In this document: piece after piece, positions 20,185 through 29,673 of the stretch
How the letters are laid out: every line of letters begins with the position of its first letter
Position numbering within the stretch: the stretch's first letter is position 1
From: an uncultured Granulosicoccaceae bacterium
GTDB taxonomy: Bacteria; Pseudomonadota; Gammaproteobacteria; CALCKW01
Direction: 5' to 3'
Length of the DNA stretch: 64,000 nucleotides
Assembly (NCBI GenBank): GCA_937925815.1
Contig: CALAMQ010000025.1
Coordinates: 80,186 to 144,185 of the forward strand
Notes under the pieces: generated by a model
Seen by the model: only the letters and a program-made list of their open reading frames with translations
What the model was told of the DNA's origin: nothing
The model's database searches: none
Translations under genes and position numbers: made by a program

Positions 20185-21321
20185 TTAAGTGCTGTCTGAT
20201 TTCGCGGCGCGAGAGAAACGGCCGTCCGCGTCTCGGTTGAGGTGGCCGCTGAGCTCGAGCATCAGCAGCACGGACGACACGTGGCCCACCGGCTCGCCAC
20301 TGCGTTCTACCAGTTGATCGACGCTCACTGGGTCGTGACCGACGCAGGTGAGAAGCGCGCGGTGGGCGGCGGGAAGCCCGCCGGACTCTGTTGCGCTGGA
20401 CTCAGTGTCGGCGCGGCGGTGCGGGTCGGCTTGAGGTGCGGTCTCAGCGGGTGCCAGCTGCCCACCGATTTCCTCCAGTACGTCGTTGGTGGATTCAACA
20501 AGCTTCGCACCATCCCGGATCAGGCGGTGACAACCACGCGCCATGGGGTTGTGGATCGAGCCCGGTATTGCCATCACCGCGCGGCCTTGCTCACCGGCGA
20601 GCCTCGCTGTGATCAAGGACCCGCTGCGCACGGCGGCTTCCACCACCAAGACGCCTGCCGAGAGCGCGCTGATCAGGCGGTTGCGCTGTGGAAAGTGGCT
20701 CGGATGGGGCGCGGTGCCCAGTGCAAATTCGCTGAGCAACAGACCGTCGCGCGCGATCTCGTGGGCGAGTTCGCGGTTGGCGGCGGGGTAGACGCGGTCG
20801 GCGCCGGTGCCAATGACGGCAATGGTCATGCCCTGGGCCGCGAGCGCACCGCGGTGGGCGGCGGCGTCGATGCCGGCGGCGAGCCCACTGGCAACCACCA
20901 GGCCCCGCGCCGCGAGGTCGGTTGCGAAAGCGTGCGCGGTCTCAGTGCCGCCGGCAGTTGGGTTTCGGCTGCCGACCATCGCGATGGCCGGCGGCGAAAG
21001 CAGGTCCAGGTCGCCAACGGCCCACAGCGTCAATGGCGCGTCGTCGAGCGCGCACAGCGGGGCGGGATAGCGGGGGTCGTCTAGGTGCAAGATGTGGTGT
21101 GAGTCGGCCTCTAACCAAGCGATGTCGTCTGGCGAGCCTGCGTCGAGCTGTGCACGAAACGCACTGACGGCCTCGCGATTGAGGCCGGTTGCGAGCAGTT
21201 GGCGGTCGTCTGCCGCGCACAGCGCTGTGAGACCGCCGAGCGCGGTGAGTGTGTGGTGCTGCGCGCGCCGGCCGATGCCTGGCACACGCTGCAGCGCCAG
21301 TGCGGCGAGTAGTGGTGACAT
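20185..21321 (-). CDS. dprA: DNA-processing protein DprA (Smf)
   Basis: Rossmann core MVGSRNPTAGG...VIGTGADRVYP...GSLITA and a C-terminal winged-helix DprA domain. Confidence 0.9.
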   Translation of the reverse strand: MSPLLAALALQRVPGIGRRAQHHTLTALGGLTALCAADDRQLLATGLNREAVSAFRAQLDAGSPDDIAWLEADSHHILHLDDPRYPAPLCALDDAPLTLWAVGDLDLLSPPAIAMVGSRNPTAGGTETAHAFATDLAARGLVVASGLAAGIDAAAHRGALAAQGMTIAVIGTGADRVYPAANRELAHEIARDGLLLSEFALGTAPHPSHFPQRNRLISALSAGVLVVEAAVRSGSLITARLAGEQGRAVMAIPGSIHNPMARGCHRLIRDGAKLVESTNDVLEEIGGQLAPAETAPQADPHRRADTESSATESGGLPAAHRALLTCVGHDPVSVDQLVERSGEPVGHVSSVLLMLELSGHLNRDADGRFSRAAKSDST

Positions 21322-21417
21322 GCGCGCAGTATAGGGTCTGGACCGGGAGTGGGCCGCTATTCCCGCAACGCAAACGGCCCGCCGAGGCGGGCCGTGTAAC
21401 AGGCGTGAATCGTCGCC

Positions 21418-22626
21418 TTAGAAGCCTTTGAAATCGTCGTAGAGATCGACTGGACGCTGGGCTTCGAGGATCATGGCGTAACTCACCCAATCAAAGGTCT
21501 CAAACACGATGGCAACGCCTTTGCGTTGATCAGGCAAAGTCACCAGTTCCGGTTCGTCTGGGTTGATCGTGTCGTCGAGAACCGTGCGGTTGCGAGCTGT
21601 CAGCTCGACCATGCTGCCAGCTTGAAGGCCGTCGTTGGCGCCTTTGTTAAACACAATGATCTGGTATTGGCCGGCTTTGGACAACGCGTCCACAAGCGAA
21701 ATGATCTTGCCCGTCATCGCACCACTGACCATAACCGGGCGTAGATCCCGGTAAGTCTTTTCGCCGTAGCGTGGCATCAAGCGGTCGCCGCGCAACACTT
21801 CACGGCTGGTCTTGGTCAGGGTGATGGTGGCCGGGTCGCCGTGCTCGTAGACGTAGGCTTCGCCAGCGTGCAGCGCTTCAAATCCCAAGATCTCGTTGGT
21901 GTCAGGGTCAATCAGCGGCTTGTTGGGCCGCAGCACGTGAAAGGCTTTCTGATCAAGGGATGTGATGCCCCGGACATAGAGTTTGTCACCGGTGGCACTG
22001 ATCAAACGGCCGTCTTCGTTGTCCAGCACATAAGGTGCAGCATTGAGTGTCTCGTTGCTGATCACTTGCGGCTTGGCGTCGAAGTTGCGCAGCACGTCGG
22101 CTGCGACCACAGGCACAGACTGCTTGAGTTCGGATTCGCGAACGCGCGGTTGCAACACGTCGTTGCCGCGCTTGCCTCGGTTGATTGACAACACAGGCTT
22201 GCCGTCGATCAGTTCGAGTGCGATCTCGTCACCTGGGAATATCAGGTGCGGGTCGACGATGCCGGGGTTCTGGTGCCAAATTTCTGGCCACGTGTAGGCG
22301 TCTTCGAGGAAATAGGCGGCGATGTCCCAGAGCGTGTCGTGCTGTTGCACCACGTAGGCCGCCGGAGCGTCGCTGCGCAGTGTGACGCGGTCCGGATTGC
22401 GCTTGAGCGCTGCGGTGGGCGGGATGTCGGATTCTGGGGACGGCGAGGCGACGATTGCAATGTCTTCGGCGTTCGGTAAATCGGCGAGATCATCGTTGCC
22501 AGGCAGGTCTAATGATGCACAGCCCGATAGCGCTAGGGCCGCAATTGCTGCGCTGAGGGTGATTCGGTTGCCGCTGAAACGGGCCTTAGCAGGCGTGTGC
22601 CGCTGTTGCTGCGTAAATGTGGCCAT
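21418..22626 (-). CDS. LysM-domain lipoprotein, TsaP-like (type IV pilus secretin-associated peptidoglycan-binding protein family)
   Basis: Lipobox LALSGCAS and LysM motif YVVQQHDTLWDIAAYF. TsaP homologues conventionally sit in this dprA/def/fmt neighbourhood. The start is set at the Met at 22626. Confidence 0.6.
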   Translation of the reverse strand: MATFTQQQRHTPAKARFSGNRITLSAAIAALALSGCASLDLPGNDDLADLPNAEDIAIVASPSPESDIPPTAALKRNPDRVTLRSDAPAAYVVQQHDTLWDIAAYFLEDAYTWPEIWHQNPGIVDPHLIFPGDEIALELIDGKPVLSINRGKRGNDVLQPRVRESELKQSVPVVAADVLRNFDAKPQVISNETLNAAPYVLDNEDGRLISATGDKLYVRGITSLDQKAFHVLRPNKPLIDPDTNEILGFEALHAGEAYVYEHGDPATITLTKTSREVLRGDRLMPRYGEKTYRDLRPVMVSGAMTGKIISLVDALSKAGQYQIIVFNKGANDGLQAGSMVELTARNRTVLDDTINPDEPELVTLPDQRKGVAIVFETFDWVSYAMILEAQRPVDLYDDFKGF

Positions 22627-22775
22627 GCGATTTCTGTGATCCTGCAATGTGGATTTAGGCAGCGCCGCGCCCGCGCGATACAATGCACTGCTAGGCGGCG
22701 GCACTTTTTGGTAGCTGCGTGTTTGCCTCGCAAATGCAATGCCTGATTCCCGTATTCACACAAATTGGTAGGCTT

Positions 22776-23279
22776 ATGGCGCTTCTCGACATCCTCACGG
22801 TTCCAGATGTGAGACTGCAGAAAATAGCGCGTCCGGTGCAAGAGGTCGACGACTCGATACGGGCGTTGGTCGATGACATGTTCGACACCATGTATGACGC
22901 GCCGGGCATAGGCCTGGCGGCCACACAAATAAACGTGCACAAACGAATTGTGGTCATGGACTTGTCCGAGGATAAGTCTGAACCGATTGTACTGATCAAC
23001 CCGGAATTGGTTGCGCAAGACGGCGAAAAGACAATGCAGGAGGGGTGCCTGTCGATCCCTGGCGTGTTTGAAGATATCACCCGCGCGGCTGTTGTGACCG
23101 TGCGCGCGCTAGGCCGCGATGGTGCGGAGTTTGAGCGCGAGGCAGACGGGCTGCTGGCGGCGTGTATTCAGCACGAAATGGATCACCTCGACGGCAAGCT
23201 GTTCCTCGATTACCTCACGCCACTCAAGCGCAGCCGCATCGTGAAAAAAATGGAGAAGCAACAGCGCAATGCCCGCTGA
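22776..23279 (+). CDS. def: Peptide deformylase
   Basis: [16 protein letters not shown] and QHEMDHL motifs. The start is at MALLDIL. Confidence 0.93.
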   Translation: MALLDILTVPDVRLQKIARPVQEVDDSIRALVDDMFDTMYDAPGIGLAATQINVHKRIVVMDLSEDKSEPIVLINPELVAQDGEKTMQEGCLSIPGVFEDITRAAVVTVRALGRDGAEFEREADGLLAACIQHEMDHLDGKLFLDYLTPLKRSRIVKKMEKQQRNAR

Positions 23280-24216
23280 ATCGCTGCGGGTGGCCTTCGC
23301 GGGCACACCTGAATTTGCCGTGCCGACGCTGCAGGCTTTGATCGACAGCGATCACGACGTCGTCGCCTGCTTCACCCAACCTGACCGGCCGGCTGGTCGG
23401 GGCCGTAAACCCCAGGCGAGCCCAGTCAAGCAGCTCGCTGCGGTTCAGGGGATCACTGTCAACCAGCCTGAGAGGTTTGACACAGCTGATGCGCAACCCG
23501 CGCTCGCGGCATTGGGTGTGGACGTGTTGGTGGTTGTCGCCTACGGCCTTCTGCTGCCCCAGCGCGCGTTGGACATCCCGCGACTGGGCTGCCTGAACGT
23601 ACACGCGTCGCTGCTGCCGAGGTGGCGCGGTGCGGCACCCATACACCGCGCGATTCAAGCCGGCGACTCAGAGACGGGCGTGTGTGTGATGCAAATGGCG
23701 GCGGGGTTGGACACCGGCGACGTCTGGTCGCGTTGGCGTTGCGATATCAGCGATGACACCACCAGTGCATCGCTGCACGACACGCTCGCGGCGGCCGGCG
23801 CATCGTTGCTGGTTGACACGCTGCCGGTTGTGGCCGAGGGCGCGGTCAAACCGACGCCGCAGGACGACGCCCAGTCATGCTATGCGCGCAAATTGGACAA
23901 GAGCGAAGCGGCAATTGATTGGCGCGAGAGCGCAGAGACGATTGCGCGCCAAGTCCGTGCGTTCAACCCGTGGCCTGTTGCGCAGTGCACGGCCGATGGC
24001 GTGACGGTACGGCTCTGGGATGCGCGCGCCACGGACGCGAACAGCGCGCCCGACGCGGTGCCTGGGCAGGTGGTGGCGGAGTCGAATGACGGCATCGTGG
24101 TGCAAACCGGTGAGGGTTGTGTTGCGATCACGGCATTGCAGCTCGCAGGCAAACGACGTGTGAGCTGCGCGGAGTTTCTGAACGGCCGCTCCTTGCTTGG
24201 GCACACCTTAACGTGA
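23269..24216 (+). CDS. fmt: Methionyl-tRNA formyltransferase
   Basis: [14 protein letters not shown]...[14 protein letters not shown]. The start overlaps the def stop. Confidence 0.93.
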   Translation: MPAESLRVAFAGTPEFAVPTLQALIDSDHDVVACFTQPDRPAGRGRKPQASPVKQLAAVQGITVNQPERFDTADAQPALAALGVDVLVVVAYGLLLPQRALDIPRLGCLNVHASLLPRWRGAAPIHRAIQAGDSETGVCVMQMAAGLDTGDVWSRWRCDISDDTTSASLHDTLAAAGASLLVDTLPVVAEGAVKPTPQDDAQSCYARKLDKSEAAIDWRESAETIARQVRAFNPWPVAQCTADGVTVRLWDARATDANSAPDAVPGQVVAESNDGIVVQTGEGCVAITALQLAGKRRVSCAEFLNGRSLLGHTLT

Positions 24217-25535
24217 AAACGGCCAAGGCGGATCCGGTGCGCCGCCACGCGATATTGGCCCTTCACGCGGTGGTGTGTGAGGGCCGTTCCCTGTCTGCGC
24301 CAAGCGATGCCGCCGAGCTCGAACCACAGGCGCTAGCGCGCTACCGCGCATTGGTGTTCACCGCCGTGCGCTGGCGGCACAGACTCGATGCGGTGATCGA
24401 TCAACTGATTCAAAAGCCACTGAGACGCCGTGACTTGAGAGTGCGATCGGTGGTGCTGTTGGCACTGTCAGAGTTGGAGTATCTCGAGGGTGCGCCCCAC
24501 GCGGTGGTCGATTCCGCCGTCGCGCTCACCTCGGCGCTCGGTCACGCCCAGCTGCGCGGGTTGGTCAATGCCGTGCTCAGGCGTTTTCTGCGAGAGCGTG
24601 ACTCACTTTTGTCTACCGCAGACCGCAGCCCCGCCGTGCGCGCGTCACTCCCGGATTGGCTGTATACATTGCTGAGGAATGATTGGCCGGCTGAGATTCA
24701 GCAGATTGCTGTCGCTGGCAATGTGCGAGGACCGATGACACTTCGCGTTGCCGAACGCGTCGGTCGCGATGCCTACCGCGAACGGCTCAGCGCGGTGGAC
24801 CTCACTTGCGAATTGGGGCCCGGCACGACGGATCTGGTGCTCGACCAGCCGGTTGCGGTCAGCCGGTTGCCTGGATTTGATAACGGCGACTGCTCGGTAC
24901 AGGACAGTGCCGCGCAGTTTGCCGCATTGCTGTTGCGGCCTCGCGCCGGTGAGCGTGTGCTTGATGCCTGTGCTGCACCTGGCGGTAAGACAGGGCATTT
25001 GCTCGAGTGCGGTGCGGACGCGACTGGCCTCACGGCGCTCGACGCGGACGCGAGTCGATTGGCTCGCGTCCGCGAGACCTTAGAGCGATTGCAGTTTGAT
25101 GGTGTGACAGTTCTCGCGGCAGATGCCGCCGACACAACGCAGTGGTGGGACGGTGAGGGGTATGATGCGGTCTTAGTTGACGCCCCGTGCAGCGGCCTTG
25201 GCGTGCTGAGGCGCCACCCGGACATCAAGTCACTCAGGCGCGCCTCTGACCTCGACGCGCTTGCGGAGAAGCAGACAGCCATGCTCGACGCTCTGTGGGC
25301 GGTGCTCAAACCCGGCGGCAGGCTGCTCTACGCGACGTGCTCAATCGCGCGCCAAGAGAATGAGAGGCAAGTTGCAAACTTCCTCGCGCGGACCGCGGAC
25401 GCCGTTGAAGTGGCTGTTGAATTGCCCGTGGGACGCGCGGTGTCAGTGGGTTGGCAGATACTGCCGGGTGAAATGGCCTGCGACGGCTTTTATTATGCGC
25501 TCTTGCACCGACTGACAGGTTCTGCCCACACGTGA
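24213..25535 (+). CDS. rsmB: 16S rRNA (cytosine967-C5)-methyltransferase RsmB
   Basis: NusB-like N-terminus plus a SAM methyltransferase with ACAAPGGKT and the PCSG catalytic Cys. The GTG start overlaps the fmt stop (GTGA). Confidence 0.9.
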   Translation: MKTAKADPVRRHAILALHAVVCEGRSLSAPSDAAELEPQALARYRALVFTAVRWRHRLDAVIDQLIQKPLRRRDLRVRSVVLLALSELEYLEGAPHAVVDSAVALTSALGHAQLRGLVNAVLRRFLRERDSLLSTADRSPAVRASLPDWLYTLLRNDWPAEIQQIAVAGNVRGPMTLRVAERVGRDAYRERLSAVDLTCELGPGTTDLVLDQPVAVSRLPGFDNGDCSVQDSAAQFAALLLRPRAGERVLDACAAPGGKTGHLLECGADATGLTALDADASRLARVRETLERLQFDGVTVLAADAADTTQWWDGEGYDAVLVDAPCSGLGVLRRHPDIKSLRRASDLDALAEKQTAMLDALWAVLKPGGRLLYATCSIARQENERQVANFLARTADAVEVAVELPVGRAVSVGWQILPGEMACDGFYYALLHRLTGSAHT

Positions 25536-26134
25536 TCGACCAGACCGGCACAGTCCACAGCCACCCCCGCTCGAGTCGCCTGCGGCGCGCGTTGGTGGTG
25601 CTGTTGTTCGGTTTGTTGCTGGTGCACAGTCCGGTTTGGGCAGAGGACGGCCGGATCGAGTACCGGTCTCTGGTGTCCTACGTCATCGACGGCAACGTCC
25701 TGCTTGAGAGCGATGTCTCGGTGCGCCTCAGTGGCCTCACGCGTGCCGCGTTGCAAAGTGGGGTTGCGCTCGAATTTGACGTCGAGATTGACGTCGTGCG
25801 CCAGCGCAATTTCTGGCCTGACAAAACCCTTCGCCGGTACCAAATTCCGGTGCGCCTCAGCTACCAAGAACTCACCCGAAGTTACCGACTTGAGCGGCTA
25901 AATTCTGGCCAGCGCGCTAACTTCAGCAAGCTCAACGACGCGCTCGATGCGGTCGCTCAACTGCGTGACGTGGTATTGGTGCCGGTGACCGAGATGGCTG
26001 AACCCGGTCGCTATTACGGCGTTATGCGCGTGCAGCTCGATCTCGACGCCTTGCCGGGCCCACTGCGCACGCAAGCCTATTTCTCGGGTGCCTGGCAGTT
26101 GGATAACGGGGAGCAGTCATGGCCTCTCCGATGA
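25532..26134 (+). CDS. DUF4390-family exported protein
   Basis: Signal peptide (LLFGLLLVHSPVWAEDG). It occupies the same position as the DUF4390 gene found between rsmB and ntrY in beta/gamma-proteobacteria. Confidence 0.6.
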   Translation: MIDQTGTVHSHPRSSRLRRALVVLLFGLLLVHSPVWAEDGRIEYRSLVSYVIDGNVLLESDVSVRLSGLTRAALQSGVALEFDVEIDVVRQRNFWPDKTLRRYQIPVRLSYQELTRSYRLERLNSGQRANFSKLNDALDAVAQLRDVVLVPVTEMAEPGRYYGVMRVQLDLDALPGPLRTQAYFSGAWQLDNGEQSWPLR

Positions 26135-28281
26135 AGTTTTTTACGCGTGACAGCGATGCTGGCACGTGGTTCATGATCGCCGTGTTTACGGCGGTGCTGG
26201 TCTCGTTGTATTTGCTTGGCAACAGCGCCGACAACATGGAGCGCTTTGGCCGCGTAAATGATTACCTGCTGATCGTCGATGCGTTGCTGACGCTGGTTGT
26301 GTTCTGGATGGTGGCCGTCAACGCCTGGCGCTTGTTTGGGGATCTGCGCTCGGGTGTGGCAGGTTCCAGATTGACCGTCAGACTTGTCATATTGTTGACT
26401 CTGACCGCGCTCATTCCGGTCTCAATCATCTACGTTTTCTCTGTGCGCTTTCTGCGCTCTGGCATCGACAGCTGGTTCAATGTGCAGGTAGAGCAGGCCC
26501 TGGACAGCGCGCTGGTGCTCAGTCGCGAGGCGGTTGGCGATGAAGTCAGCGAAATGCAACGGCGAGCCAATCAAATCAGTCAGCGCTTGGCCAGCGTCGA
26601 CTCTGACGATTTGGTGCCGGCCTTGAGCAGTGCCCTCGGGGCCTACAATGCAAGTGAACTCAACTTACGCGGACGCGAGGGAACGCTTGTGATCTCGGTC
26701 AGCGACGGCTTTGGTTTTCCGAGCAGTGGTCTCGATGCGAGTGTGGTGGCGCAAGTGGTCAATGGCGAAACCTTGGTTGAATTTGAAGAAGGTGGCGCCA
26801 ACGAGCTGAGCATACGCGTGTTATCACCGTTTTTGGACACCCAACAAATGCAGGTGATCTACCTGCTCGAATCGCGATTTTCACTCGATACCAGGCGGCG
26901 TCAGCTCGGCGAAGAAGTGCAGTCGACATTTCAGCGTTACCAACAACTGACGTTCATGCGCGAACCGCTGAAATTCAGCTTCGTTGTCACCTTGTCAATG
27001 ATCCTCGCGCTGTCGGTGCTGGCTGCAATTTGGATCGCGTTTCGACTTGCGCGGTCCTTGATGCGGCCAGTGCACAATCTTGCTCAAGGCACGCTTGCGG
27101 TGAGTCAGGGGGACTTCAGTCAACGGTTGCCACCGGGTGGCCGCGATGAACTCGGCTTTCTGGTGAATTCGTTCAACGATATGGTCACGCAGCTTAAATC
27201 AGCGCGTGACGATGCCGACCGCAGCCAGGCTGAAGTGGAGCAACAGCGCGCTTTTTTGCAGGCCGTTGTGGGTCGGATTTCAACTGGTGTGCTGACGCTC
27301 GATGCGCAGGCGCGACCGAGAACAATCAATCACGCCGGTGTGGCAATGCTCGGACAAGAATCCGAAGAGATTATCGGCATGAACATGCGCGACGCCGTCT
27401 CTGGCACCGGCGCCTATGCCTCGCTCGCGCGCGCTGCTTTGCCTCATCTCGCGGTCGGTGAGGCCATCTGGCAAGAGAACATTGATTTGCCAACCGCGCG
27501 GGGTACCCGCACCTTGGTTTGTCGCGGCGCGAAAATGGACGTGGCTGAAGGTGGGCACGTGCTGGTTGTCGATGACATCTCACCGATTATCCGTGCTGAA
27601 CGGGATGCAGCATGGAGTGAAGTGGCTCGGCGGCTGGCGCACGAAATCAAGAACCCACTGACGCCAATTCAGCTTTCGGCTGAGCGTCTTCGGCACCGCT
27701 ACCTAGACACTCTCGGCGACGACGCCCGGGTGCTCGACCGCGCGACCCGCACGATTGTCGATCAGGTTGAAAGCATGAAGTCGATGGTCAAAGCATTTGC
27801 CGAATACGCCGATGCATCAGCCTTGCATTTTGCGGAAGTGGATCTGGCGGTGTTGCTCGAGGGCGTGGTGGAGCTGTATCGCGGCGTACCAACAGGGCGT
27901 GCCATTGAATTGCGTTGCGAGCCCGAGTTGCCGCCAATTAACGGCGACGAGGGGCGATTGCGCCAGCTCTTGCACAACCTCTTGAAGAACGCGCTCGAAG
28001 CGCAAGAGGGCCAGACGGAGTCGCGGGTGGAGTTGAATCTGGCGCGCTCTCAAGAGCAGCCTGAAGTCAATCTGATGATTCGCGATCACGGGCCAGGTTT
28101 TGATCTCGGCCAAATCGACCGCATCTTTGAACCCTACGTCACGGGCAAAGCCCGTGGCACTGGGCTCGGGCTTGCGATAGTGAAACAAATTGTGACCGAG
28201 CACGATGGCGATATCGAGCTCGGCAACGCGGACGATGGTGGCGCTGTGATTACCATCCGATTTCCGCTGCTAAATGCATGA
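26119..28281 (+). CDS. ntrY: NtrY-type sensor histidine kinase (TM-HAMP-PAS-HisKA-HATPase)
   Basis: H-box AHEIKNPLTPIQLSAERL is diagnostic of NtrY. It also has HAMP, PAS and HATPase_c (GLGLAIVKQIV) regions. Confidence 0.85.
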   Translation: MASPMKFFTRDSDAGTWFMIAVFTAVLVSLYLLGNSADNMERFGRVNDYLLIVDALLTLVVFWMVAVNAWRLFGDLRSGVAGSRLTVRLVILLTLTALIPVSIIYVFSVRFLRSGIDSWFNVQVEQALDSALVLSREAVGDEVSEMQRRANQISQRLASVDSDDLVPALSSALGAYNASELNLRGREGTLVISVSDGFGFPSSGLDASVVAQVVNGETLVEFEEGGANELSIRVLSPFLDTQQMQVIYLLESRFSLDTRRRQLGEEVQSTFQRYQQLTFMREPLKFSFVVTLSMILALSVLAAIWIAFRLARSLMRPVHNLAQGTLAVSQGDFSQRLPPGGRDELGFLVNSFNDMVTQLKSARDDADRSQAEVEQQRAFLQAVVGRISTGVLTLDAQARPRTINHAGVAMLGQESEEIIGMNMRDAVSGTGAYASLARAALPHLAVGEAIWQENIDLPTARGTRTLVCRGAKMDVAEGGHVLVVDDISPIIRAERDAAWSEVARRLAHEIKNPLTPIQLSAERLRHRYLDTLGDDARVLDRATRTIVDQVESMKSMVKAFAEYADASALHFAEVDLAVLLEGVVELYRGVPTGRAIELRCEPELPPINGDEGRLRQLLHNLLKNALEAQEGQTESRVELNLARSQEQPEVNLMIRDHGPGFDLGQIDRIFEPYVTGKARGTGLGLAIVKQIVTEHDGDIELGNADDGGAVITIRFPLLNA

Positions 28282-28291
28282 GAGAAATGCC

Positions 28292-29665
28292 ATGACAGCA
28301 AAATCCATTCTCGTGGTTGACGATGAACCGGATATTCGTGACACCGTGCAAGAGATCCTGATCGACGAGGGTTATGACGTGGTCACCGCGGAGAACGCAG
28401 CGACGGCCACTGCCATGCGAGATAGCGTGAACCCCGATTTGGTGTTGCTAGATGTTTGGATGCCCGATGAGGACGGCATCACTTTGCTCGCTAACTGGCG
28501 CGAGCGCGGCCCACTCGACTGTCCGGTGGTGATGATGTCTGGCCACGGCACGGTGGAGACGGCAGTTGAGGCGACGCGCCTTGGCGCGGTGGATTTTGTT
28601 GAAAAGCCGTTGTCGTTGCAGAAGCTCTTGCGCACGGTTGATAAGTCGTTGCGCGGATGGTCGCCTGAGGCGGCCAACCCAGAGGTCGGTACGCAACCCG
28701 TGCCAATTGATTGGGTGGGGAACAGTGACTACAGCCGAGAACTCAGAGAGCAATTGCCAAAGGTGGTTTCAAGCTCAGCGCCAGTGCTGCTCAGTGGGCC
28801 TGCGGGCTCGCTCAAACACCAGCTTGCGCAGCGCATTCACGTGGATGGTGCGCGCGTTGGAAAACCCTATGTCATTGTTCGATGCGACGCCCTCGACCCA
28901 CGCACCGCGGCGGTTGAGCTGTTTGGCGGTGAGCACGCGGGAGAAAAGAGCGTTGGCCTGATCGAGCAAGCCGGTGCTGGTACGCTCTTTTTGCAAGATG
29001 TGTTCGAACTGCCTGCCGCCACGCAGAAGCAGCTCGACGCCTGCATTGCCGCGGGCAGTTATCACCGCGTGGGTGGCACCTCGCAGTTTGCGCTCGACGC
29101 CCGCATTGTTGCCTCGACCGACGGTGATGCCCAGGTGGACAATCCCGGCGTGATCGAGGACCTTTTCTACCGCCTCAATGTCGTGCCAATCAAAACGCGG
29201 CCGCTCGCCGAACACAAAGAAGATATCCCCGTGTTGGTCGACACCTACATCGATTACCTCGTCGAACATGACAAGCTCGGCTATCGGCACCTCGGTGTGG
29301 CGGCCAAGAACCGACTGCGCCACGCCGACTGGCCAGGCGACTTGGTGCAGCTTTTAAATGTCATCAAACGGTTGTTGATCTTGTCGGACGGGCCTGAAGT
29401 GTCGGTGGAGGAGGTCGAGGCGGCGCTCGAAGACGCATCTTACGCTGAGCACGATGCTGGACCCGACGGTGACATGTTCCGACTGCCGCTGCATTTGCCG
29501 TTGCGCGAGGCGAGATCGGAATTTGAGCGCCTCTATCTGGCGCGGCAATTGATTGAAGTCGACGGTGGCATGGGCGACCTTGCTGCACGAGTCGGTATGG
29601 AGAGAACGCACTTGTATCGCAAGCTTCGCAGTTTGGGCATAGACACCAAGCGCGCGCGCGACTGA
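28292..29665 (+). CDS. ntrX: NtrX-like response regulator (REC + degenerate sigma-54 activator AAA+ domain + Fis-type HTH)
   Basis: REC domain ILVVDDEPDIRD...LLDVWMPDEDG. In the AAA+ domain, Walker A is GPAGSLKH, Walker B is LFLQDV, and GAFTGA is replaced by GEHAGEKS. The C-terminal HTH is present. SD sequence GAGAGAA sits before the ATG at 28292. Confidence 0.8.
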   Translation: MTAKSILVVDDEPDIRDTVQEILIDEGYDVVTAENAATATAMRDSVNPDLVLLDVWMPDEDGITLLANWRERGPLDCPVVMMSGHGTVETAVEATRLGAVDFVEKPLSLQKLLRTVDKSLRGWSPEAANPEVGTQPVPIDWVGNSDYSRELREQLPKVVSSSAPVLLSGPAGSLKHQLAQRIHVDGARVGKPYVIVRCDALDPRTAAVELFGGEHAGEKSVGLIEQAGAGTLFLQDVFELPAATQKQLDACIAAGSYHRVGGTSQFALDARIVASTDGDAQVDNPGVIEDLFYRLNVVPIKTRPLAEHKEDIPVLVDTYIDYLVEHDKLGYRHLGVAAKNRLRHADWPGDLVQLLNVIKRLLILSDGPEVSVEEVEAALEDASYAEHDAGPDGDMFRLPLHLPLREARSEFERLYLARQLIEVDGGMGDLAARVGMERTHLYRKLRSLGIDTKRARD

Positions 29666-29673
29666 GGTCGGAC

